Assembly (NCBI GenBank): GCA_963663475.2
Contig: CAXXJV010000001.1
Coordinates: forward strand, 928,001-992,000
DNA from: Candidatus Cloacimonadales bacterium
GTDB lineage: Bacteria > Cloacimonadota > Cloacimonadia > Cloacimonadales > JAFGVF01
Reading direction: 5' to 3'
Length of the DNA stretch: 64,000 nucleotides
Made by a program: the position numbers and the translations under genes. How positions within the stretch are numbered: the stretch's first letter is position 1; every line of letters begins with the position of its first letter. The notes under the pieces are model-generated. The model worked only from the letters and a program-made list of their open reading frames with translations, made no database searches and was not told where the DNA came from. Below are positions 48,043 through 64,000 of the stretch, one piece after another.

Positions 48043-49602
48043 CTATTTCTTAGCTTTTCCTATAGATAGGGGGAGAATCATTTCTTGCATAGATATGCCC
48101 CCGTGTTGGAAGGTGCTATTGAACTTCTTTTGATAAGTATGATATGAGTTAGGGTAAACAAAATAGTAGTCTTCTTTAGCAAAAATATAATTTTCTACAA
48201 TATTTTTTACTGGGAGACCGACTGATTTTGGGTTTTTAACAAAGTAAGCATGCTTATTATTGGCAGTTAAATTTTTACCATCTTTGTACCTAACTGTCTG
48301 TGAAGTATCTCTATCTCCTACAACTTGAGTTGCTCTATTAACTCTTATAGAACCATGATCAGTGGTAATAACAATATTAGCACCTTGTTTAGCAATTAGT
48401 TTTAATGCTTCATATAAAGGTGAATGAACAAACCAGTGTTTAGTGAAATTTCTTAGCGCTTTTTCATCTGGAATAGTTTCCAGCAGTATTTGATCTTTAG
48501 ATCTATGGTGTGTTAATAAATCTAAGAAGTTATATACAAGGACAACTAGCTTTTCATTTTGCCAGCTATCGATTTTTCTGATAACAAAATTTCCTTCTTC
48601 AATATTGAAAATCTTAACATACTTAGAAGGTACTTCTAGATTCACACCAATATCTTCTAAGTGTTCATCCATTAATTGATGTTCATTGCGGTTGCGACTA
48701 TTATCTAGGTCAGACGAGTTATCCCAATATTCAGGGAATCTCTTGGCGATATCAATGGGTAGCAAACCACTGAAGATAGAGTTGCGAGAATAAGGAGTTG
48801 CAGTAGGTAGGATAGAATAGTATAGTTGCAAATCAATATTAAAGAGTTCTTTGAGATAAGGTTCAATAGCAAGATATTGATCTAATCTAAGGCAGTCTAG
48901 AATAATGAAGTAGGTTGGTTTATCTTCTTGGAGAAGAGGCTCAATGTAATTAGAGATAAGGTCAAAAGAAAAGTTAGGTCTCTCATCAGAATTAATCCAT
49001 TTCTCATAATTCTTTTCCACAAAGCTTGTAAATTCACTGTTACAGCTTTTAATTTGGAGAAAGTGCATTTGCTCTAAACCTGAATCTTCTACTTCTGAAA
49101 TTCTTAAATCCCAATTACACAAATCTCTATAGATATCATACCAATCCTCAAAGCTGGGATTGTTCATAATAATATCATTAATTTTGCTCACAAATTTGGT
49201 ATATTGGAGTCCTAGTTGACTCTGAATAATATTAGTTGTCTCAAAAATTTTCTTAATAGACATGATAATCTGGTTAGGGTTTATAGGTTTAATCAGGTAG
49301 TCAGCTATCTGATTTGCGATAGCTAAGTCCATAATACCCTCAGCTTCACTTTTGGTAACCATAACTACTTTAATATCTGAATCTATATTTTTTATTCTTT
49401 CTAAAGTTTCTAATCCATCTAAGCCTGGCATCATTTCATCTAATAGTACTAGATCAAAATTATTATCTTGAACTTTTTCAATTCCGTCCATTCCATTTGA
49501 TGCAACATCAACACTATATCCTTTTTTCTCTAAGAACATTACTAAAGGTTTTAGTAGTTCAACTTCATCATCAATCCATAGTATTTTAAGTTCTTTGTTC
49601 AT
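48043..49602 (-). CDS. porX: PorX-like response regulator (receiver + PglZ/alkaline phosphatase domain)
   Basis: ILWIDDE, LDEMMPG, MVTKSE; DCLRLDQ, ILPTATPYSRN, TTDHG, FQHGGIS; adjacent to tsaE. Confidence 0.88.
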   Translation of the reverse strand: MNKELKILWIDDEVELLKPLVMFLEKKGYSVDVASNGMDGIEKVQDNNFDLVLLDEMMPGLDGLETLERIKNIDSDIKVVMVTKSEAEGIMDLAIANQIADYLIKPINPNQIIMSIKKIFETTNIIQSQLGLQYTKFVSKINDIIMNNPSFEDWYDIYRDLCNWDLRISEVEDSGLEQMHFLQIKSCNSEFTSFVEKNYEKWINSDERPNFSFDLISNYIEPLLQEDKPTYFIILDCLRLDQYLAIEPYLKELFNIDLQLYYSILPTATPYSRNSIFSGLLPIDIAKRFPEYWDNSSDLDNSRNRNEHQLMDEHLEDIGVNLEVPSKYVKIFNIEEGNFVIRKIDSWQNEKLVVLVYNFLDLLTHHRSKDQILLETIPDEKALRNFTKHWFVHSPLYEALKLIAKQGANIVITTDHGSIRVNRATQVVGDRDTSQTVRYKDGKNLTANNKHAYFVKNPKSVGLPVKNIVENYIFAKEDYYFVYPNSYHTYQKKFNSTFQHGGISMQEMILPLSIGKAKK

Positions 49603-49650
49603 ATAATCCTCTGATTTTATTATAGTAAATACCCTTGATACTGCAATAGC

Positions 49651-50277
49651 TTATAGATTATCTCCTTCTACTTGTTCTTCAAATTTTCTTTGTTTCTCTC
49701 TAATTATATCATTAATCTTTTCTAGGTCACTATCCTGGAAATAAAGAGCCATCTTATAGTTAAGCTCTTTGCCTGAGCAATTAAAGAATCCCTTCATGTT
49801 ATCTAGAAATTGTTCAACAAAGACATCTTTAAGGGTCTTTGAATCTTCTCTCTTTTTATCATTAATTTCTTTAATTTTCTCTTTCAAATCTTGATGAGTC
49901 ATTTCTTCAGCTTGCTTAACCCATTCTTCCTGAACCTCATAGCTGGTGTCTTTAATCAGTGGCTTGATAAGATTTAACCTGTCAAAGCCAATCTCTTTAA
50001 CAGTCTCACTATCAATATTCATATCTTTAATATAAATATCATAGATGGCTATTAATTTTGAGGCTAAGGTGTTAGACATGTTGTATTCTGATTCAATAAA
50101 CTCTTTAAAGTTCTTGTAACCCTTGATTTTAAATGTTCTCATTCTTTTCATTTCAGATAGCAACTCTCCCAGAGCTACAAAATCTTCTTCTAATCTATTT
50201 TTGATTTGACCTATAGCCTTAAATCTCTCTTCAGGAGTTAAACGCTCGCTTTGATCTGTATTGAATATTTCTGACAT
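49651..50277 (-). CDS. Hypothetical alpha-helical protein
   Basis: 208 aa ORF with AAGGA SD in the panB-porX block; FVALGELL..GYKNFKEFI motif. Confidence 0.8.
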   Translation of the reverse strand: MSEIFNTDQSERLTPEERFKAIGQIKNRLEEDFVALGELLSEMKRMRTFKIKGYKNFKEFIESEYNMSNTLASKLIAIYDIYIKDMNIDSETVKEIGFDRLNLIKPLIKDTSYEVQEEWVKQAEEMTHQDLKEKIKEINDKKREDSKTLKDVFVEQFLDNMKGFFNCSGKELNYKMALYFQDSDLEKINDIIREKQRKFEEQVEGDNL

Positions 50278-50296
50278 AATTAATCCTTATTTAATA

Positions 50297-51109
50297 TTAT
50301 TTATTATCTTCAAGTGGGAAGTAAATGTGGTCTTTTTGAGGGAAAGTTCCAGCTTTAACTTCCTTACTAAATTCTTGTAATGCTAGAGGTATATCTCTAT
50401 CTAAATTTGCATATGATTTAACAAACTTGGCAAGATAGTCTGAATTACCTAAAATATCATGATAGACTAAAACCTGGCCATCAGTAAATCTACCAGCACC
50501 TATTCCAATAGTTGGAATACTTAATTTCTCACTTATCTCTTTAGCTAAACCCTCGGGAATACCTTCTAAAACTAGCATAAAGGCACCAGCTTTCTCTACT
50601 GATATTGCTTCAGCCAAAATTTCTTGATACTTCTTAGGGCTTTTACCCTGTACTTTGTAACCACCAAATTTATGGACTGATTGAGGTGTAAGCCCTAAAT
50701 GAGCAACAACAGGAATCTCACAATCTACAATTGCTTCAATTGCTTTGATCCGTGAAGGAGAACCACCCTCAAGTTTTACAGCATTAGCCTTCCCTTCAAT
50801 AATTAAACGGGCAGCATTTTCTTTAGTTTTATTTGTATCTAAATGGTAGGTCATAAAGGGCATATCAGCTACTATGAAAGTATCTCCAGCCCCTCTTCTT
50901 ACCGCTTTCCCGTGATGAATAATATCAGTTAAAGTTACCTCTAAGGTGTTTTCATAACCTAAAACTACCATGCCTAAACTATCTCCTACAAGTATAATAT
51001 CACATTCAGACCTTTCTACTAACCTAGCTGAGGGATAATCATAGGCTGTCATCATCACTATTTTTTCATTATTTATCTTCATTTTTTTATATGAATTTAC
51101 GTTTAACAT
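50297..51109 (-). CDS. panB: 3-methyl-2-oxobutanoate hydroxymethyltransferase
   Basis: MTAYD, LVGDSLGM, AVKLEGG, HLGLTPQS, TIGIGAG, DGQVLV. Confidence 0.97.
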   Translation of the reverse strand: MLNVNSYKKMKINNEKIVMMTAYDYPSARLVERSECDIILVGDSLGMVVLGYENTLEVTLTDIIHHGKAVRRGAGDTFIVADMPFMTYHLDTNKTKENAARLIIEGKANAVKLEGGSPSRIKAIEAIVDCEIPVVAHLGLTPQSVHKFGGYKVQGKSPKKYQEILAEAISVEKAGAFMLVLEGIPEGLAKEISEKLSIPTIGIGAGRFTDGQVLVYHDILGNSDYLAKFVKSYANLDRDIPLALQEFSKEVKAGTFPQKDHIYFPLEDNK

Positions 51110-51115
51110 CTTTTA

Positions 51116-51721
51116 TTATTCTCCGCTATTACTTTCACTATCTCCATCACCTTCTGTAGTATCCATTTCTTGCTCTTCTCGAGCACTGTCTCTTTCATAT
51201 TGAAGGTCAGATTGGAATTGCCCTTTATCAAAGTATATATCATAAATTAGATCACCAACTTCTGACCAAGCAATGAATCTACCTGCTAGGTAACCGTCTA
51301 AAAAATTAGCTTCCATGGCATAAGACCCATCCTCATACCAGGCATAAGCTGGACCAGATAATCTCCCATCTTTCATAGTTTTAAACTGGGAGATTTGCTT
51401 ATTCTCAAATAAAGAATATGCAGTTCCTGTAAATAGTTGCTTATCTAAATAATACAAGGAATCTCTAATATTTAGTTCTGATAATAATACTGCTTCTGGG
51501 GGAAGTTGAAAAGATTCAATAGAATCTGGATTAAGAGACTTTATCTCTGCCAGAGTTACTACATTATCCTTATTGACTTTCCTTAGGGAAGCCTTGCTAA
51601 TTTCTTGTGACTCTTTAGTTATATCTATATTACCTGACTCTTCTTTATTCATTCTGTTGTTAGAACACCCAACAATGAATAGATAAGAGAAAAATACTAG
51701 AAAAAGTATTCTTTTTACCAT
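51116..51721 (-). CDS. Lipoprotein with MORN-like repeats
   Basis: Lipobox IVGC; LFTG...KDGRLSG..WYEDG...DGYLAG..W repeats. Confidence 0.78.
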   Translation of the reverse strand: MVKRILFLVFFSYLFIVGCSNNRMNKEESGNIDITKESQEISKASLRKVNKDNVVTLAEIKSLNPDSIESFQLPPEAVLLSELNIRDSLYYLDKQLFTGTAYSLFENKQISQFKTMKDGRLSGPAYAWYEDGSYAMEANFLDGYLAGRFIAWSEVGDLIYDIYFDKGQFQSDLQYERDSAREEQEMDTTEGDGDSESNSGE

Positions 51722-51814
51722 TAACTCCTCCTTATTAGAGTTTAATAATCCATGATAAAATTATGTAATGATATAATAAGCTATTATCAATAAAGAGTCA
51801 ATAAATTTATTCTT

Positions 51815-52942
<1,128 letters not shown>

Positions 52943-54232
52943 TTAGTTTTTATAATAACGTGAAAATAATCCACTGAAATCAGAATAAAATGCATAGATC
53001 ATTAATGATAAGAGAAAAAAGATTCCCAACTGCTGAAGAACAAGCTGGGTCTTTAAAGATAATTTCTTACCTCTAATCCCTTCAATAAAACTAAACATTA
53101 TATGGCCACCATCTAAAACAGGTATAGGTAATAGATTCATAACCATTAAAACAATATTTAAAAATGCAACAAACTGAAGTCCTTTGGCTGCTCCCTCTTT
53201 AATATAGTCTCGTCCAGCTGAAAAAATCATTACTGGACCACCAATACTGTTCTTGAGAGATTTGGGTTTTCTTATAATCTGATAGAGACTGACATAATGC
53301 ATTCCTACAACCGAAGTAGTAGTGGCAATGCCTGAGATAATCGCCTGAGGGAAAGAAAGCCTTTCTTCATACTTAACAGGAAAGTATTGGGTTACTCCAA
53401 TTAATTTACGATCTTCATTAGGTAACTCCATCTTGGAAAGTTCTTTACTTAAAATCTCACCATCTCTTGCTAATTTAAGTTCAACCTTATCTATATCTTT
53501 ACTAATCTCTTGATTCATTTCATACCAGTTTTTAACTTCTACTCCATCAACAGAGATTATTTTGTCTCCAGATTTAATACCAGCATTATAAGCTGGACTC
53601 TTAGGCATGACTTGACCTACAATAGCTAATATCTCAGGTCTAATTATGGAATAATCAGTCCAATTTGATAAAGTTACATTGGGGATTATTACCCTTTCTT
53701 CTTTACCATTCCTCTCTATTAAAAGATTATTCGCTTCCCCTTCTTTTAAGTTTGATATTCCCGAAAACCAACCAAGTACTTGTTCTCCATTTATTTCTAA
53801 AATTTTATCTCCAGATTCTAAATAACTAGCTAAAGGGGGATTAACTTGATCTATTATTGGGGAATGATCAGTTATCCTTTGCGTGAACATAAAGGATATG
53901 ATAAGAATTATCAAAGCAAAAAGTAGATTTGTAAAAGGACCAGCAAAGGCTATGATTGCTCTTTTCCACCAAGGTGAATTAAGAAAGCCATCAGGATCCT
54001 CTCCTGCTTGATCTATATTGTCTCCCTTCATTTTTACATAACCACCTAAAGGAATCCAGGAGAGTGAATACTCAACTCCTCCTTTAACAAACTTAAAAAT
54101 TGGCTTACCAAAACCTACTGAGAACTTCTCTACGGGAATGCCACAAAGTCTGGCGGCTATAAAATGACCACCTTCATGGACCGCAACCAATAAACCTAAT
54201 ACTATTAAAGCTACTATTATTGTTGTTAACAA
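52943..54232 (-). CDS. rseP: RIP metalloprotease RseP with two PDZ domains
   Basis: HEGGH, PLGGYV, AGP, NLLPIPVLDGGH. Confidence 0.95.
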   Translation of the reverse strand: MLTTIIVALIVLGLLVAVHEGGHFIAARLCGIPVEKFSVGFGKPIFKFVKGGVEYSLSWIPLGGYVKMKGDNIDQAGEDPDGFLNSPWWKRAIIAFAGPFTNLLFALIILIISFMFTQRITDHSPIIDQVNPPLASYLESGDKILEINGEQVLGWFSGISNLKEGEANNLLIERNGKEERVIIPNVTLSNWTDYSIIRPEILAIVGQVMPKSPAYNAGIKSGDKIISVDGVEVKNWYEMNQEISKDIDKVELKLARDGEILSKELSKMELPNEDRKLIGVTQYFPVKYEERLSFPQAIISGIATTTSVVGMHYVSLYQIIRKPKSLKNSIGGPVMIFSAGRDYIKEGAAKGLQFVAFLNIVLMVMNLLPIPVLDGGHIMFSFIEGIRGKKLSLKTQLVLQQLGIFFLLSLMIYAFYSDFSGLFSRYYKN

Positions 54233-54469
54233 ATTTTCTCCTACTTAATACATTATATTGTCCAAATTAAATTATCTCTATTCAGTCTGCGTGTTTTCTC
54301 TTAAGAGAATAACTAGAACACCAAAAGTAAAACTACTAGTTTTTTTGTCAAACTCAAAACTTATAGCAAACATATTTATCTATATATATAGTCTAAGACA
54401 ATGTTTCTACTTTATCCTGGAGAAGACTGAACAGCTTTGTCTTTGTCGGACGGTGAACAGCCTACCCAT

Positions 54470-55563
54470 CAAAACAGGTAACACCAGCATATCTGCCTGT
54501 CAAAACTGGTAACGCCAGCATCCCTGCTGGCATTTTCTTAATACAGGGAGCGCCAGCATCCCTGCTGGCATTTCCTCTTCTGCCAGACATCTAAACTGCA
54601 AATCCCTACTTTGCTAAAGCCCTACCCGCCTTTGGGTCGCGGGATTCCAGCCCGCGTTTACGCTGGTGACAAGTGGTTACGGATCCTAGTTTGCCCACCA
54701 AAACTAGGAACGCCAGCATCCCTGCTGGCATTTTCCTAATACTGGGAGCGCCAGCATCCTTGGTGGCAATTCCTTCTCTTACCAGGCATCCAAACTGCCA
54801 AATCTTTACTTTGCTAAAGCCCTATCCGCCTTTGGGTCGCGGGATTCCAGCCCGCGTTTACGCTGGTGGCAAGTGGTTACGGATCCTAGTCTGCCCACCA
54901 AAACTAGGAGCACCAGCATCCCTGCTGGCATTTCCCTTACTTCAAGCACCCAAACTGCCATATCTTTACTTTGCTAAAGCCCTACCCTCCTTTGGGTCGC
55001 GGGATTCCAGCCCGCGTTTATGCTGGTGGCAAGTGGTTACGGATCCTAGTCTGCCCACCAAAACTAGGAGCACCAGCATCCCTGCTGGCATTTCCCTTTC
55101 TGCCAAGCACCCAAACTGCCAAATCCCTACTTTGCTAAAGCCCTACCCGCCTTTGGGTCGCGGGATTCCAGCCCGCGTTTACGCTGGTGGCAAGTGGTTA
55201 CGGATCCTAGTCTGCCCACCAAAACTAGGAGCGCCAGCATCCCTGCTGGCATTTTCCTAATACTGGGAGCGCCAGCATCCCTGCTGGCATTTCCTCTTCT
55301 GCCAGACAACATCCAAACTGCAAATCCCTACTTTGCTAAAGCCCTACCCGCCTTTGGGTCGCGGGATTCCAGCCCGCGTTTACGCTGGTGACAAGTGGCT
55401 ACGGATCCTAGTCTGCCCACCGAAACTCCCAAATCCTTACTTTGCTAAAGCCCTACCCGCCTTTGGGTCGCGGGATTCTAGCCCGCGTTTACGCTGGTGA
55501 CAAGTGGTTACGGATCCTAGTCTGCCCACCAAAACTAGCAGCGCCACCATCCCTGCTGGCATT
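54470..55563. repeat. 1.1-kb mosaic array of REP-like hairpins (BIME-like)
   Basis: GGGTCGCGGGATTC(C/T)AGCCCGCG at 54634, 54834, 54994, 55155, 55356, 55465, interleaved with about ten GCCAGCATCCCTGCTGGC-type hairpins. Confidence 0.93.
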
Positions 55564-55770
55564 TTCTTTTCCTCACTCTTTTTCCTGTTTTTTCTCTCAG
55601 CATTAGCATTTCTCACTTACCCGTTTTTAAAAAAGCAGACGAAAAACTGTTAATATCAAAAAAAATATCAGATAAAAATAACATAGCATATATGACCATT
55701 TTTCAGTAGCTAAAAAGACCAAAATGTCTATGCATTTATCAAGAAAAATTAAAAAAGATAAAAAAAGGTA

Positions 55771-55798
55771 TTGACAAGAATACCCTCTCCAGTAGTTT
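55771..55798 (+). promoter_or_regulatory. rRNA operon promoter
   Basis: TTGACA-16 nt-TAGTTT with A-tract UP region; boxA-like GATCTTTGAA near 55845. Confidence 0.7.
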
Positions 55799-55930
55799 GA
55801 CGGAACCAATGCACGGGAATGAAAGTTCCAAAGCAAAGGAAATGATCTTTGAATAATTTTAAAAAGTTAAAAAGTTATAGAGTGAATGAATGAAGTAAAC
55901 TTGCGAGAGACAGGAACACGATTTATTATA

Positions 55931-57467
<1,537 letters not shown>

Positions 57468-57541
57468 TAAAGGAGAAATAGTTTCTTGATAAGTTTACTT
57501 TTTCATTCTATAACAAATAAAGGATTTAGTTCTAAGTAAGG

Positions 57542-57618
<77 letters not shown>

Positions 57619-57637
57619 TATAATATATTAAATTAGT

Positions 57638-57713
57638 GGGGGATTAGCTCAGTTGGGAGAGCACCTGCTTTGCAAGCAGGGGGTCAACGGTTCGAGCCCG
57701 TTATTCTCCACCA
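57638..57713 (+). tRNA. tRNA-Ala(TGC)
   Basis: G3:U70 pair, anticodon loop TTTGCAA, encoded CCA. Confidence 0.97.
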
Positions 57714-57805
57714 TCTTATACTTATATATAACCTAATCAGACTAAATTCCGATACATAAAATTTTACAGTAAATAGAGTGCAATAGAGTGTGTATAATTA
57801 ATTTT

Positions 57806-60919
<3,114 letters not shown>

Positions 60920-61084
60920 TAATATTTTTTATATACACTCTATTATCTCTTACTGTTTAACAACAGTAAGAGAAATGAAAAATTAATAATGAAAAATGAA
61001 AAATGAAAGAATAAGAATCATTTTAAAATTAATTATTCAGGCACGACAAACTAAGTAAAATAAACATTTTTGACAGGGGTCAAA

Positions 61085-61201
<117 letters not shown>

Positions 61202-61700
61202 TTGACCCCTGCTTTTTTTTAGTGAAAAATGAAGAATAAAAAATGAAAAATTGTAGTATTGCTTCGCAATGATATTTGATATAATTTAAGGGGGAAAAGA
61301 TGGAACTACTTCAGGCTGGCCATCTTTGACCCCTGCTTTTTTTATTTAAAAAAGATTGAAAAATGAAAAATGAAAAGTGAAAAGTGACGGGAGTTGCTCA
61401 CGAAGTAGCGACTTCCGACAAGTTTTCTTTCTTTCTATCGCCGAAGTCCCTTGCCTAGGGCTGAGGAACTCCGGTCTCTACTTCAGGCTGGCCATTCTTT
61501 CTTTCGCCCGAAGTCCCTTGCCTAAGGATGAGGAACTCTGGTCTCCAGCTAAAAGTAGGCTCAAGTTCAAGTCAGGGATAAGTCTTGAATCCCCAAAAAG
61601 GGATAAATAGTTTAGCCCAGGGTAAATTCCTGAAGGGAATGCAACCCTGGGTACTGGTGATGAAAACAAAGCCTAACCTGAAAGAAAGGGTTAAATAACG

Positions 61701-61835
61701 AAGGGGAATGTTTACTCTCCCCGCCTTACGGCACCCCTCTCATACCGCTCTTACGAGCTGAAAGGGGAATTGTTTACTCTCCCCGCCTTACGGCACCCCT
61801 CTCACACCGCTCTTACGAGCTGAAAGGGGATTGTT
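61701..61835 (-). repeat. Two copies of the 60-bp GC-rich unit in reverse orientation
   Basis: Reverse complement of the 29489 units. Confidence 0.92.
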
Positions 61836-61926
61836 GTTGTAGATGGAAGTTTAAACTGGTACACAAATGGCAGTTTAATCTGGTACAGTTTTCAGGAGTA
61901 AAAAAGTAAAAATTCCTGGAGACAAT

Positions 61927-63408
61927 ATGAAAGGAGCCAAAGTGTATCATGCAATCAAGTCGTTAAGCAAAGCAGGTAATAGTGTAAGAGATATAGCCAA
62001 GCAGTTAAAAGTATCTAAAACAACTGTTTTACGCTATTTAAATGTACCTGATAATGAAGTAGAAGAGCTTTTAACAAAAGTTAGAAGACCGAGTGTTTTA
62101 GAAGTTCACAGAGAAGCAATAACTCAGAAAATATCATCAAATCCAAAGATGAGACTAAGCAAATTATACAAAATATTTAAGAGAGATTATGAAGATTTAC
62201 AGATAAGTCAAAGAGGTTTTTTTAATTTTTCTAAAAGAATTAAAGAGAGCTTAGAACTACCAACAAAAAGATATTACAAAGTCGTAAGTTATAAGCCAGG
62301 GATTCAGATGCAAGTAGATCCTGGAGAATGTTATATTAAACTATCAAATAAAGAGCGGAAAAAGATATATTTTTGCGTGTTTAAATATTGCTATTCAAGA
62401 ATGACTTTTGTGCATTTCCAGTTTAAGCCATATAATACAGATGATTTTATTAGTGCTCATAAAGAATGTTTTGAATATTACGGATATATACCAGAGACAA
62501 TGATTTATGATCAAACAAAACTAGTAGTAATCAAAGAAATATATAGAGAGGTTACTTATAATAGTAAGTTTTTCCAATTTATGAACAATCTATCAATAAA
62601 TCCATATTCTTGTGAGGGTTATGATCCTGAGAGTAAGGGATTAGTTGAAAGAGCAGTTAGAGAAGTAAAAGAAGATTTTCTTTATGGTGAAGTTTTTAGT
62701 GGTTTGTCAGAAGTAAGAGTTAGAGCAAAAGATTGGTTTGAAGAGGTTAATAATCGAATTCACAGTTCCTTAAATGAAACTCCACGCAATATGTTTAAAG
62801 AAGAAGAGAAGATCCTTAGATCCTATAATTTATATATCGAAGAACTTAGAAAAGTAGATAAAACAGGATTAATATCCTGGAAAAGAAATAAATATTCTGT
62901 ACCTTATCTCTATCAGCAAAAGAGTGTATATGTAAGAGAGAATGGAACTTCTTTGGAAATATTAGATACTAAGAGTAGAAAAAAAGTTGCTTCTCACAGA
63001 TTATCACAAGAAAAAAGAAGACCTATTATATCTCAATGTCATTATATCGATTATTCTCAAACAATTGAGAAATTAAAAGAAGAAATTAAGGCATTATTCC
63101 CCAATAAGATTAATATCTCCATTTTGCTAGATTCTCTTATTTCAAACAACAGCAAAAATCCAAGAGAGCAACTTTTAGCATTACTTAAATTTATTAATAA
63201 TAATAAACATCTTAATTGGTCAATAATAATTTCCAAAGTTCTTAAATTAGAAGATATAAGAGCAACTAAAATTGAAAGTATAGTTAATGAAGAAAACAAA
63301 AAATACAAATTGCTAAACATCAAAAAGGCTAATTCATACAATCAAGAAAACACTAAAAAATCTTTAATTCAAAGAGATTTATCAATATATGATAGGATAA
63401 TAAAATGA
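61927..63408 (+). CDS. istA: IS21 transposase IstA
   Basis: N-terminal HTH, PGIQMQVD, YSR, IYDQ, PESKGLVER DDE core, RIHS. Confidence 0.92.
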   Translation: MKGAKVYHAIKSLSKAGNSVRDIAKQLKVSKTTVLRYLNVPDNEVEELLTKVRRPSVLEVHREAITQKISSNPKMRLSKLYKIFKRDYEDLQISQRGFFNFSKRIKESLELPTKRYYKVVSYKPGIQMQVDPGECYIKLSNKERKKIYFCVFKYCYSRMTFVHFQFKPYNTDDFISAHKECFEYYGYIPETMIYDQTKLVVIKEIYREVTYNSKFFQFMNNLSINPYSCEGYDPESKGLVERAVREVKEDFLYGEVFSGLSEVRVRAKDWFEEVNNRIHSSLNETPRNMFKEEEKILRSYNLYIEELRKVDKTGLISWKRNKYSVPYLYQQKSVYVRENGTSLEILDTKSRKKVASHRLSQEKRRPIISQCHYIDYSQTIEKLKEEIKALFPNKINISILLDSLISNNSKNPREQLLALLKFINNNKHLNWSIIISKVLKLEDIRATKIESIVNEENKKYKLLNIKKANSYNQENTKKSLIQRDLSIYDRIIK

Positions 63409-64000
63409 TAGAAAATTTAAGGAAAAATTTATTAAGAATTAGATGCAGACATACAATTAATAATTTAGAATCATATTTAAAATATGCACAAGATAAAGAA
63501 TTATCATATCTTAGTTTTTTATCTTATGTTATTGAAAATGAATGCAATAGCAGAAATCAGACATTGATATCTTTGCAATTAAGAAGGGCAAATTTCCCAA
63601 TATTAAAGAATTTTGATGAGTTCGATTTTAAATATCAGCATTCAGTAACTAAAAGAATGATAACAGAGTGGAAGGAGTTTAATTGGATCGATAACAGAGA
63701 AAACAAAATATTAATGGGACCTCCAGGGGTTGGTAAGACGCATATATCTATTGCCTTGGGATATGAAGCTATTTTGAAAGGATACAAGGTAATATTTTAC
63801 AATATGAATGAATTAATCGATGAAATGATTATAGCCAATAATGAAAATGATTTTAAAAAGTGGATATCTAAATTAGTAAAAAATGATTTAATCATTATTG
63901 ATGAAATAGGATATTTACCTATTAAGGCAGTTAATGCAAGTTTATTCTTTAAGCTTGTTAATGAACTTTATGAATTCAGATCAGTCATAATAACCTCAAA
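63405..64000 (+). CDS. istB: IS21 helper AAA+ ATPase IstB (3'-truncated)
   Basis: Manual translation MIENLRK...FDFKYQ..GPPGVGKTH (Walker A)..LIIIDEIGY (Walker B)..LYEFRSVIITS. Confidence 0.92.
   Translation, partial: MIENLRKNLLRIRCRHTINNLESYLKYAQDKELSYLSFLSYVIENECNSRNQTLISLQLRRANFPILKNFDEFDFKYQHSVTKRMITEWKEFNWIDNRENKILMGPPGVGKTHISIALGYEAILKGYKVIFYNMNELIDEMIIANNENDFKKWISKLVKNDLIIIDEIGYLPIKAVNASLFFKLVNELYEFRSVIITS

Larger units (their letters stand above)
61838..64000 (+). mobile_element. IS21-family insertion sequence (right end outside window)
   Basis: TG-initiated end with repeated ATGG.AGTTTAA.CTGGTACA boxes, followed by istA and istB overlapping at ATGA. Confidence 0.92.

Noticed and set aside
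48043..49602. BREX defence system inferred from the PglZ domain
   Set aside because: It has an N-terminal receiver domain and tsaE context, and no brx/pgl genes are nearby; it fits PorX.
54258..54512. 84-aa ORF divergent from rseP
   Set aside because: No evident SD; spans the promoter region and runs into the repeat array.
54470..55563. CRISPR array, or the proteins predicted at 54673-55260, 55127-55312 and 55194-55391
   Set aside because: Variable parts are homologous rather than unique spacers; the ORFs are translations of GC-rich repeats with no evident SD or recognisable domain.

Overview
AT-rich bacterial chromosomal window, most consistent with Cloacimonadota (FCB group). This assignment is inferred from gene content (C25 gingipain-like protease, PorX-like regulator, type 2 IleRS, thi4) and was not checked against a database. 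Core content: the end of the spc/alpha ribosomal operon (rpsH..rplQ), ileS, rpmE-DUF1385-prfA-CNNM-ftcD, the rpsP-khpA-rimM-trmD-rplS cluster, adk-ktrB-ktrA-rluA-ribBA, a TPP-riboswitch-controlled thi4-thiE-thiC operon, a TPR/DUF2271 envelope locus, two transporters fused to PTS EIIA domains, rseP-tgt and panB-porX-tsaE blocks, a full rRNA operon (16S, tRNA-Ile, tRNA-Ala, 23S with a ~250-nt intervening sequence, 5S) and an IS21 element running off the right edge. The intergenic DNA is the most unusual part. It holds a ~162-bp MITE family with ACCC..GGGT-type ends and TAA duplications; copies sit at two stop codons, inside the TPP riboswitch leader and inside an orphan IS21 end. It also holds several REP-like hairpin families, including a 1.1-kb array, a perfect 36-bp palindrome and a candidate stand-alone small RNA. 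Other highlights: tgt appears to start at ATC, IleRS carries the GIHH motif variant, a Gly-zipper lipoprotein pairs with a small membrane protein, and one secreted protein ends in a WGxIK C-terminal motif.
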